A stretch of DNA of 63,906 nucleotides, counting the filler, from Phoronis australis (taxonomy: Eukaryota > Animalia > Phoronida): NCBI GenBank assembly GCA_002633005.1. It is 10 parts of 10 records of this genome, joined end to end, with 100 filler letters (N's around TTAATTAATTAA, not from the genome) between each part and the next. Parts side by side here need not be neighbours in the genome. Positions count along the whole stretch, not along the records: positions 38,981 to 54,454 come from NMRA01001447.1; positions 54,555 to 62,685 come from NMRA01001439.1; 8 more parts are not named here. One strand, given 5' to 3'. The notes beneath the pieces were generated by a model, which did not search any database, was not told the DNA's origin, and worked only from the letters and a program-made list of their open reading frames with translations. The translations under genes and the position numbers were made by a program. Of the stretch, positions 51,267 through 62,785 are shown piece by piece. Positions within the stretch are counted from its first letter, which is position 1. The number at the start of each line of letters is the position of its first letter.

Positions 51267-52079
51267 GTAATCCTTAGACTATGTTTTTTTCTTCATTATT
51301 TCGTGTTTAACAAAATACTCCCGGTTCTAAACCTGTCAGTATTGGCATTGAAGGATATTGATGAGGGCGCTTGTTAGATTGTCCCTTTGGTCTGCTGATA
51401 TTTGCTTATATTGATTTAGATTGATTTAGTGTATTTTGGCGTACTCGCGTTTTTGTGTGCTTTGATAGCTTAGAAATTATTTCAACTTTAATCAAAAACC
51501 TCACACTGAAACACATTGCCAGCATCCAGCGTCATCTGACGGCGCAATGGCGAAGACACTTGTCTGTGATTTTATGCAAGCCAAATAAACCATGTTTTTG
51601 CTCCTGAAAAAAAAACGCTATTTTGAGATTATTATTTAAAAGTATAGACTTTTTGAAGTTATTAGCTGTGTTGTGGGATTTGATTACAAATCGCCAGTTC
51701 TCGTCGCTGTCTGTCAGACATTCGCTGATGTACAGCTAATACGTGTCTTCACGCTTAACGTAATGCGGTAAACACGTTGAGGATGACCCTTCTTCAGCGG
51801 TGTCTATTTCGAGCGTCTGTCAACTCACGGTGGATATTTTCCATTATTAGTTGTTATGTTCATGATACGATTAACTAAGACGTTAAAGTGTATCCCGAAA
51901 GAAACGTGTAAAATTTTCGAGTTTTGCATGAACATATTGTTATTGTAAAAACGGGAGGGAAGGTAGAATGTCGCGGCGTGTACATGTAGGTCACAATTTT
52001 TCGTTTTAGTTTGCCGAATAGGAGGAATCGTTAAATGGTTACTCTTCCAGTTTCATGTTTTTTGTTTTTGTTTTTGTAG

Positions 52080-52177
52080 CCTTGTGTGCTAAATGAAGGG
52101 TCAGCGAATGTTCCAGACGAGTCCTGCATATTCAAAAGCAGCATAACTACTGATTGTGTTTCCAGAAAAATTGCCAG
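52080..52177 (+). CDS. Putative beta-trefoil protein, coding exon 5
   Basis: Long T-rich acceptor TTTTTGTTTTTGTAG, phase 0. Translates PCVLNEGSANVPDESCIFKSSITTDCVSRKIA, with a CxF motif as in FGF ECxFxE. Candidate donor AG|GTACTA; otherwise the frame reads on to a TAA at ~52226. Confidence 0.6.
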
Positions 52178-55047
52178 GTACTATTTTTTGTTTTCAGCGT
52201 TTGCTTCTTACCATACTACTTTTTAAGTATATACATATATATCCATTGCAGAATTAATCTTTCAGGCCTTAGGAATCTGGGGCCATGATAATTTGGGATG
52301 TATCCTCCATCGTCAGCCTGCCATCCGTCGCCACAATTCCTGGCCGGTAGTCCGTGAGAATTGTTCACAATATTTTCCTAACACCGCGACAAGTTTAGGG
52401 ACCCCTGTGCTAGGGATCCCAAGGTGTTAAGGACAGATTAAAACTTCACATGCAGCTCAGAGTTTTTGCCTAATAAACATAAAGCAGTTGTTGTTTTACG
52501 ACATTGTCTAATTTATAAATTTATTTCACTGCGTTGAGCTTTTGTTATTATGGCGTTAAATAATTGAGGGCGCTACATCAAATTTCACAATGGCCTGATA
52601 CGAAACAACATTAGTGCCCGGCTGTTTGAAACTGTCCCAAAAAGGGACTCAACTAAGTTCCCTAAATCTAGAAAATCTTTTTACTCACAAATTAAATATT
52701 TCTCTAGCAGTTGTTGTCGTCTTAATCATGTGGTCCTTTAGGACTAATGACACTTTCTAATAATATATCTAAAAATAGAGACCTGATTTCAGTAGTTTTA
52801 ATAAAAGTGTAACTCTCGGTTTGTATCAAAGTAAAAAGCTGACTTAGCAATGAGAACGAAATTCTGAGCATGAAGAACAATTGTTTTTATAAGTTAGTCC
52901 GCAAATACGGTAAAAGTTAAGAAAGCAAATTGAGTCACTGTTTGGAACTATGCATCAGGCATAGTTGTGGCTTATGTCAAATTTGAGTTTAGCAAAGTGG
53001 GAACCTGAATTTGGCGCACTTTTGAGAAGGTCGCCATTGATTACACTTGTTATACTACTGTAAATGCGTGGCTACGTTTGTTCTTGTAAATTGTTGATAA
53101 AAATGCTTTGTACGAGCCACGTCACGTGCTCGTATTTTTGACGACTTGAAGACACGCTTGACATTGGTGGCTAATGACATTTTGCTGTCATGTGCAAGTC
53201 ATCTGGTTTAAGTTGTTGATCAGGAAAATTAACGCCAAGCATTGCCAACGGTCCTGGCCGTAGTCAGATAAACACCACCGGAACTAAAAGTTGCTTATTT
53301 ATTGATCTGCATGGATGATTGATGTTATTGAAATTATATTTCATGAAAGTAAAAATACCAGGCGGCTAACTAAAGCTATTTTTTTGACCATCAATTCTGC
53401 TTTCTTGAATTCAATAATTCTATTTCATGTGTTCGGTTTCAAATAGCCCTGTTGCAAGCTCTCATGGACTCTGTTTCGAGTAACAATTTGTGCTCTTTCA
53501 AATACATGTATCACCAGTGTGGGTTGCAAGTGATTTAAGCTTCGAGGGAAAATTTTCAATCACTTTGGGGAAATTGTTAGGCCTCGTAAGGGGAATTTCG
53601 CGTGACTTTTTAGTATTTTTGCGAGGGGAATAAGGCCGATAATAGACCCAAAATTGAAAGATTGAGGGTCCTGGCCTTTGTGAAAAGATATGCATCATGT
53701 TTCAACCCGTAGTCAGTCATTACAACACGGCCTGGCCGGCCGAAGATTCACCGGTCGTTTCTATGATGCTCGGCAACCGAGATGTGACAAAATGTGATCA
53801 AACATACATGTTTATCAATTTTACCCGGAAAATAATATTTTTCTTTGTCGTGGCAACGACCCAATGCTTCCGAATCTCAACATCTTTAGGCATGGTAAAA
53901 AAGACAGTTGAATAGTATAAACGGATTTAAGCTGTGAGACTCGGTATAAACACAAAACAGTTGCACTGTTTTGGTCATAACACTACAAATGAGTCAAAAA
54001 AAAAAAACTTTCGAGGAGTTTAATCATATTCCAATACGTACAGTTATCCACGTTCACGTATACGTATACATGTACATGTACGTACTCTGCTTAAGACCTG
54101 TTCAGTTAAGATTACGGAACCTTCGTATCAAACGGCCACTGCGGGATACTCGAACAAAGAGCTCAACTTACATTAATGTCACATCAACACAGCGTGGCCT
54201 TGATGTGATTGCATGCGATTCTGTTTCAATGGCTTGAGGTGGTGTACCATTGTTTGCTGTGCAACATGAGCTACCGTACAGTCCGCACCGAAACCTTGGC
54301 TGATGATCAACGACACGTCTGGCTATATATGCTATCGTTAAAAGTGTTGTAGTTTCATGTTCGTTGATTTCACTATAGTCTCAGATAAAGCCGGAACATC
54401 TTGCTCAGTAGTTCAGCTTTGAATGTCACCGTCCACAGTTAAACGTATTCATTGNNNNNNNNNNNNNNNNNNNNNNNNNNNNNNNNNNNNNNNNNNNNTT
54501 AATTAATTAANNNNNNNNNNNNNNNNNNNNNNNNNNNNNNNNNNNNNNNNNNNNAAAATTGTTCAGAAACGATTCTGTTTGAAGCAGAAACTGGAGTAGA
54601 AAATTTGGTCAAAAATGACTCATTCCACACCACGAAATTGCCTCATTTTGCCCCCAAGAACACTTCCCTTGTATCTCCTAAACCACCAAACTTTGTGGTG
54701 TCATACTTCACCCAATTTCTCTCATCCCTAATGTGATTTATCAGACTAAACATGGATCTGAATGGCTGACCCCCCACCTTGCCGCTTGTTGGCTGTACAG
54801 TGGTCGGTGGATCCGTGGACTGATACTTAAGTACAAATTTAACTACGCACTACGTGAAATTGATTTTGGATATGAAGCAGATAAAGCCAAGTGGAAATAC
54901 AAACCAGAATCTGTTTCTGTGCGCTAGAAGACCCTCTGCTGTACTGGGTAAATTTGGCATGTCCAAAAATAATTTGTATTTCGTTTTCATTGTACACAAA
55001 AGCATAAAAACCGACATTATATACAAACTGTGTAGAAGTATAACTTA

Positions 55048-55310
55048 TTACCTTGGTGTTTCTCCAGGAACGTTAGTCCTATCCTTCTGTTGTCTAGACT
55101 GCCGAGGAATCTGTATATAGGATCCAGTGGTTTGCTCGTCTTGGAACCATTCTACCCAGACATCTTCGATGTTTGTTCCCAACGCTTGCACTTCGTCAAC
55201 TGCTGTGTCAATGAGCTTGTAAGCCTCTAAAATGTCAGCATCTCGTTTCACAGCTCAGTTGGCACTAAACCCCCTGAGGTTGCCAAGTCCATTCAAAAGA
55301 CTTACATGCG
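55048..55310 (-). pseudogene. hAT-family transposase remnant (PRKRIR/THAP12- or ZMYM1-like C-terminal part)
   Basis: KRDADILEAYKLIDTAVDEVQALGTNIEDVWVEWF...IPRQSRQQKDRTNVPGETPR fits the DIxxAxxxI...PRxxxxQxxRxNxPxxxP pattern. Flanked by stops. Confidence 0.7.
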
Positions 55311-58170
55311 CAACTAAATTTGATCCGTTCATCATGGACTACTTCAAACCTTGACGATGTATCCCAGGAGCTACTTGCATCTCTTGCAATTTTCGAAATA
55401 AACGTCCCAATGTCTGAACGCTTGAAACCCGAAGTACTAACATCAAATAAATGCCCATGGGCATGGGCATTTCATCGGGTGGGCCTTTCTGCGGAAATTC
55501 CCAGTACAGAAGACGGCAGTGGTGCTTGCTGCAGGTAGAAAGACGGTAGGTGTTGAGGTCGGAACTAGGGCTCCTTAGGAGGTCTATTGAACATCGCACG
55601 AGTCCCGCAAGATTTTGTTCTGAAAGTACAGCCTCCCCCCGATATCTGGGACTGTACACTGTTCGCGAATGACGTCACTTTGTAAATGCGAGTGCCCCCT
55701 TGGTCATTCCTTGTATAGATATAACTTGTTAGAGTGCATCTTCAAACGGACACGTGACCAGACCACGGCGCTCACCACAATAGCAATTCGTCGGAAAAAA
55801 AGTTCTTTTCAAAAACATTACATGTACACGTGCACTGTATGATATTGCGCAAGACAACTTCACAATACACCAGTCAAATTCGAGTTACAAACGTGTGGAG
55901 TGTAATGGAATGACACGGTATGACAGATGAGGTAAAAACGCTGCACGCCAATGCCCCTGAATATCAGGGTTGCGGCACCACAGTATTTTTCCTGATCAAA
56001 TCAAAACATATCTTAGAGCAAAGAAGCTAGTTACCTAAAGAAAACAGCTACATGTATAGAGTTGCTCTTCCAGCGGTGGATCCATCTAAAATGCTTGGCT
56101 ACTTCAGAAGTGTTAACGGAAGCGCGCGCACAATTGATCTCCGTGCGTTTTGCCGATGAGCCACGAAGACTCGAAATGCGTTGATTTTCATAACAGCAAA
56201 TCACAGTGCAGAAATTATATTTTCAGAGTGAACCCTCCTCCAATTTTTTTCCAAGTTGATTTACTTGGTGTTTACACACGCTGGCGGTACCGTTTTTGCT
56301 TTGCTGGAGACGTTTTTGTTTTTTTATTTTTGGGTCCTGGCCCAAAGGGTGGAGGGTTAAACCCCCTGAACAACCCCCGTAGATTTGCCACTGCTGCTGA
56401 AGTACAGTGTAGAGTCATACCGTATATTTAACAAAAACTTTACCATTTTTCGTCGTTTAATACAAATTCTAACATACAAGTACATGTACATGTACATGTA
56501 TATGTATCCGTTTTTGCAATGAATGTTGGGAAGCTGTTGCAATATGGGCCAATAAAATAGCATGAAGATTGCGTGTTTCTTTTTGATTTTTACACTATAG
56601 TCTTAATGGTGGTTTTTGTACTTGAAACACGTGACACTACCGCTGTCACTAAAACAGGGAAGAGAATGACTTCCGTGACGTGTTTTAGTAATCATTGTAT
56701 CAGCGGTTTATGGTGCCAAATATCGAACCACGGTGGACCATCAACATTTTTGTGACATACCAGTACCTAGTTATTAAAAGGAAGGATTGCGAAATCTGAA
56801 ATCAGACCCGACGGCCGTTTGGCCACCCGCCCCCGCTCGCCAACAATTTCTTTTGCCACCTTTTATCACCTAGGCGCAATCAATTTTTCAGTAGCCACCT
56901 GCACTTCAGCTTATTGAGGGCGAACTTCTTATTCCGTCCCTCTCTTCGGTGAGGTGTGGAGGTGCGTACCCCCCGACTACGGACACGTGTTGTCAGGCAA
57001 CCCGTTCTTACATGTGCATGTACATGTACATGTACCTGTTGGTCAGTCATTTGGCAGTACACCGCTGTCACGGGTTCTGCTTCTTATTCTTTAAAGATAA
57101 TGCCCCCCAATAAACAACCTATTTTGTATCAACTTAGATCGAGTAGTTCCACTCGATAACAGCAAGTTCAGTTGTTTTACCTGACATCTAACGGCAGAAG
57201 GAGGTGTTGAAATTAACCGATGACGTAATCGGTTCGAACGCAGTCTGTTCAGCCGTTCACAACACGCTTACTGGTGTCAACTTATCGCTTGAATCCATCG
57301 TTTTACACTAATAAATAATCAAAATTCGATGTAACTCCCGAAGTCTTGAACAAACGTGTTGTTTTATTTCACTTTTGACGGATTTATAGGTATTTGAACC
57401 GTACAGAGTTCGGTAGGCCAATTTACCATGGTCGATCGCGGTAGTTTGGGTCTGTTTGGTGATAAATTTACACCATTCTTTCGTGAGATACAGACGGGGG
57501 AACATAGCTTTGTGTTTTACTTTTAGACTTGCGATTTTTTCAGTTCTAAAAGCATGAAACGCTTGTTACTCCCCGCCAGTTGCTCGGAACCCAATCAGGC
57601 CTGGTCGCGGCCTCCGGCGAGGACTGGACATCACGAAACCAGCTTAAGTTGGTAACTAAGCCTCCAGTCACGAAAAGACTATAATAATGAGCCCAGAAAC
57701 AATGTGCAGGTAATTATTTAGGTGAATTATCCACGAAATTGGAAATCTACTTACTTGTACGGGGCCGCGAAGTCAGGTTCCCCGGCCAAAGAACCGTCAG
57801 GGCAAAGGTTGTACAGTAACAATGATTTGGATAACGTATTTGTATATCTAAATAAAGATTCCCCTAACATGTGACCATGGAATATAAAATCGAGTTATTG
57901 TTTCACATCAGCTATCTGTCAGCAAATACTGCATTAGCATGCGCTCACACGGCCTCGGTGCCCGGTCAATTACCTTTATTGCACCTAAAGCCGGTAACGC
58001 AGTGATTTATTCACTGCTGGCTTCTCAAAACATTTGGACTCACGAATACTCCAGGGGCATTACAAATGGTATCTGATGTGACAGACTTTGTTTCAGTTTC
58101 ATATAAGCATTGTTTAGGGTGAGAATAATTCATTTTGAAACAGAACTGACGCAGATTAATAAATGTCTAC

Positions 58171-58318
58171 ATGGCAACTAGCCCGGCGCCAATCACGACT
58201 TAGTCGAGAACTCATCCGACGAAGACTGCTCGTGAGGTTTCACAGGCTATCAGTTCGAACCGAAATACACTGATGAAGAAATACTAGAGAGGCGCTGTGA
58301 ACATGCACAGGCAACGGA
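58171..58318 (+). pseudogene. KolX-like N-terminal stub, second Kolobok-type family
   Basis: DLVENSSDEDCS*GFTGYQFEPKYTDEEILERRCEHAQA, with YxFEP at 58248-58262. Parallel to GYMFEPQYNEVEYA*AQA at 31.3 kb. Confidence 0.65.
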
Positions 58319-58566
58319 ACTTATGGATAGTTCTTTGGCAAGCCGGAATTGGTCAGCGAAATTATTGTCGACGAAATGCCGGCCATAGACATGAAGATGT
58401 TTCACGGCCTCATATTTGCTATTAACAGCGTACTTCTCGGTCTTCACTGCCGTGAGCCACTTCCTGAGCATATCGGACTCACGAGGAAGTCGAAAAACGA
58501 TATACCCGCTTTCTTTGCAGCTTCATAGTTCGGACAAGAGAACAATGCACCGCAGTATAGCGACAT
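58319..58566 (-). pseudogene. THAP-domain N-terminus of a transposase, convergent with the KolX stub
   Basis: From the ATG at 58566: MSLYCGALFSCPNYEAAKKAGISF, then after a 1-nt frameshift FRLPRESDMLRKWLTAVKTEKY...HLHVYGRHFVDNNF. This fits THAP C..C...FxxP...W...(C)xxHF, with the third Cys changed to Tyr. Confidence 0.8.
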
Positions 58567-60289
58567 TCACTCTGCAGATGAACCACTGACGTCGCTGCGT
58601 CGTTTCTCACCTTCCTCACAGGTTAACGCCACACCTCTGGACAAGGTGAGGTCGACCGATGTGGATATAGACCGGTTAAGACGGTAAAAAAGACTAATTG
58701 AATCGGGTAGCATTCTCATTTAAGAGGACTGAGCATAATGTCACCGACCTGCTAGCGTTCAGTCATTGGCGTCTTTTAAGACATCAGCGTGATGTGTATG
58801 CCGTCGAATCGCAAAGTACTCTTCTGTTGCGTTTTCTTTAGTCTACAGCATTTCTTGGCATTGAACTTGAACGCATTGCCTCGCTCGTTGTACAGCTCAT
58901 TAATGGGGCTTCTTAACTCAGGGCTGATGCCAAATTTTGCAGAATATCATCAAATGGTCCATCTCTTCCCTGCACAATCTTTACATTCATCTTGTCCGTT
59001 TTTCCATAGTAACCTGGGGAAAATAATGGAGGAACTGAGTGGACCTTCGAATCTACCGCAGCTGCCAATCAATAGGTGGCGCTGGCTAAAGTTTTAGATA
59101 CGAGACTGCTGTCAAGTCAGTCAATCTGCCTCAATAAACTACGCTAACTCTAAAGTGTATTTGATTGACTTTACAAACAACCACTCACAGATCGAAGATA
59201 AACGACGATCGATCACCATGCCGGAAATCCTTCTACTGCTGCAATGGGCGGAGTGTTTCATTAATTTTCGGGGAAATTGAAATCATCAAAGACAGTGCTT
59301 ACAAAAACAATGCAAAAGTCGCTTAATCGATCAGTGTATGAGACAGCCAATGCTAATGCTTTGCAGCAGAGCGGAAGTTTTTCTTGGTTTAAAAGACGCA
59401 AAAAATAATTTAATTGCAGATGAGTTTTTATTAGTCCCATTAACTACACGTTCTCTTAATTATTTTCTAATTGAGGAATTAAAACCTCCAGCGTTGCGTG
59501 TCGATCTAAGTGTCACTAATGGTACTTTAGAGTGTTTTGTTATTATCGCGTTACGCTACAATGGTCAGCGCAATGCTAATGCAACGCCATCTGATGCACT
59601 TAGCTGAAGTCACGTCCGTCAGGCGTTTTTAGGTTCTGTGTTATGATACAGAATTTTACAAATCGGAACCAGCATTGACTAGACACTGCAAAAAAGGCCG
59701 TTTTAGCTTGAATAACATTCATTGCATGTTTGCAGCCCTGAAAACTATACCTGTGTTTTCAAAATCACTCCTCAAAGTAAAAATATCACAGGCGTGGACA
59801 CTGCGACACTCACAAGTCCCCCCCGACCGCTTTCAAGACATATCCTTTTTCCGCGCTTTCTTGAACATTTTACACACTATGAAAAAGAGGTAGCCTGATG
59901 GCAGATGACTTGATGTTGGGTCACAGAGCACCCTGGTGTGACATCATATCCTGTGTTCCACTACGGTACACTAGGACTCAAATGGCGTAAAAAGAAAAGG
60001 ACGGGTCGGGTCGTTTTCCTCTGGATAATTTAAAGTTTGGAACTACGCTGGGTACGAGACATTGACAACGATGGGGGAGTGCAAAACTGCTAACAGCCCG
60101 GACTGTTGAAAGTGATGACAGGAAGGTGCGGGGCAAACTTTGACGAGGTCGAATTTGTCTTGTCTGAGTACATGGGGTCTGCTTGGTGAAAGTGAAGATT
60201 TAAAACGACCTTATCATTGGCGAAAAACGTATAACCAAGTAAACATTACCGCTTCACAATCTGGGAATGATTTACAGAAACTATCTCAG

Positions 60290-60524
60290 CATGCGCGCAC
60301 CCAGATTTGGGGGGCTCGGGGGGCTCAAACGAGCCCCCCCCCATTTGGCGAAGTGGGCAAAAAGGTCCGCCCAAAGAAACAAAAAGTCCGAGAAAACAAG
60401 ACAAAAGTCCACTTAAAAGACATAGACTCACCGTTTTTTTTAGTCCTCCAGATTTTTGTCAGCAAAAAGGTTCACATCGACAGAAATTCGAGCCCCCTGA
60501 TTTCGAAAGCTGGGTGCACGCATG
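60290..60524 (+). mobile_element. hAT-like MITE, 235 bp, 5-bp TSD CTCAG
   Basis: TIRs CATGCGCGCACCCAG and CTGGGTGCACGCATG; CTCAG at 60285-89 and 60525-29. Shares GAGCCCCCCC..CATTTGGCGAA.TGGGCAAAAAGGTCC with the 45298 copy. Confidence 0.88.
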
Positions 60525-62785
60525 CTCAGTAACTACATGTAGCAGCTATACTCAGTGACTCTCACTTGACTTGTGATCAAGTGAGTTCAGGGTGGTTCGC
60601 CAATTGTTTAAAAATCTGGGTTTTTGTCATTTGTGATTGGTTTTGAATTGTTTGAAATGGAAACTAGACAAGATGTTACAAGTTTTCACATTGTTTAAAT
60701 TTCGTCATTTCATTGTCAGTGTTTCACTTTTCTGGGGACACACACTGATTATTAAATATCCCGTGGTTGATTGAAAGACACGTGTTTACAGTCGTTTTAC
60801 ACACAACAATCTGGTCCAACAACTTTAAGAGACTTGTTCTAATAAAAATTTGGTCTGGGATCTGTGACTTAGATTTACATGAAAAGCAGATATATGGTAT
60901 TACGTTCCACACAAATTTTCAGAAAAATAATTAAATTTCACATGAGCAAAAAAGCAAAGGCTCTAAAAAATACAAACAACAACTATTATAAATTATTTGT
61001 AGATTGTGGCATGATAATAGTTATATTGCTTAACCTCTTTCAGTGACGGTGAAGCGGAAGTGTAAGATCAAATCTCGTCTGCGTTAAGTCGTTTTCATGA
61101 AACGGGCCTCGATCTGGAGTTGGGACTCTGCCGTACAAACTTTGATAGAAAAGTCTTCGAATTTGTGAATGCGTTGGTTCAATAATTCAAAATGGCTGGC
61201 CAGTTACTCTGCTTTTATTTGAGCACCTAATAACAACAGTAATTTAGTTATATTGGTGTCACTGGCAGGGAACTGTTAGTTCCCAAAGTATCACAAACAG
61301 ACCATTTCCCAACTTTGACATTAAGTACTGACGTTTATCTCCTGGAAAACATGGTTCTTGCTCTTACGATCGCGCTCATTCGACACGTACAGCGTCATAT
61401 CCCGTGTACGACCAGGGGCGGATCTAGGATATCACAAGCGGGGGACAACATTTTGTCTGTAAACATTTGCTCGAAGCACGAGTGTAGATGCGCATAGCAC
61501 CGAACGAGGGAGGAAATTTTTCTTGTTTTTTCCTCTAAAAATCAAGCATTTTCCTTGATTCCCGAAGTGTACCGTCGTGAGTGCCCAAAGTCGTGAACGA
61601 TCTTATTTCCTCTTCTGCGCGGTCCCGCGACATCTAGCGTTGAGTTGAAGTTTCCAGCGTATGTCTGCTTACGAACGTCAAACAAATACTGGGACATGTT
61701 GATATTCGCAATTATGACAATAAACAGTGAGTGAGTGGCTTCTATTTTCAAATGAATCTTAAAAACAGCATATTTCACAAATCCGCTTTTTTGTGCATGT
61801 TCAGAATAAATTTTCGAAAATATACATCGTTCAGATATGGTCAAACACGCGCTCCAGGGGTAGCTTGAACAAAGTATCAAAATGTCCCATGGTAATCCAG
61901 TTTTGTAAAGCCAAAGCCATGAAATACAGATAATTGAAGTTGAGTTCTTAACGTTTTACTTAAAGATACTCATTGAAAACCTCTGTGCACATCGGAATTG
62001 GGTGCAAAACATATAACAATTTATTTCAATTGAAACTGAATTTATAAACAATGCAATGCGTTTTTACATGTATGTCGTCTAGAGTAGCTGTAAGCACTGT
62101 AGTTGATTTGTGTGGCCTTACTTCGTGCATTTCGTTCTAAACGAAACGGTCACGACTTTAGGGCATCATTCAAAATGGCCGGTGATATGAGCGGCCCTTT
62201 CAAAACTCTGCATACGGAGACAAACACGGGTTAAGACTGGAAAAACGCGTATACAGTATTTGTGAAGGCTGATACATGTCCATGACATCACAAGAGCAGT
62301 TGCTAACGGACATTGGGTAGTATGACAATCAGCTGCTTTTCATGCTTATATTCACGACTTTAGGTCACCGGAGTCTATTATTCAAGAAAAAAGGCAAGAA
62401 AAAAAACACGGAGACAGTGTCAAACAGGAAAATTACAAGCGCCGCAAATTCGAAATCACGACCTGGTGGACAGAGCGCGCGTGTTTTACCACTGCACCTC
62501 CACGATTTAACTCCTAACTTGATATTAAGAGACCTACTTGTTTGTTGTTCACAACGTTTGCGCGCGAAGCCTTCTTTTTGTGATGCTTATTACACCTTTT
62601 ATATTTTGTGTAATCAGTTCGTAACAAATTTGTTGTATTTAAAATAGTCTTCACTTGCCCAAAAGACCAAATCCGATTTTTGTCTNNNNNNNNNNNNNNN
62701 NNNNNNNNNNNNNNNNNNNNNNNNNNNNNTTAATTAATTAANNNNNNNNNNNNNNNNNNNNNNNNNNNNNNNNNNNNNNNNNNNN

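Noticed and set aside
51340-51377. Alternative trefoil exon ILALKDIDEGAC
   Set aside because: It stops after 12 codons, whereas the 51142-51266 exon gives a phase-consistent open continuation.
9707-54454. Apparent immune gene cluster (lectin, integrin, ShKT, CARD, IL-1-like)
   Set aside because: Apart from lectin and integrin, these genes lie on different segments joined by artificial spacers, so their proximity is not evidence of linkage.
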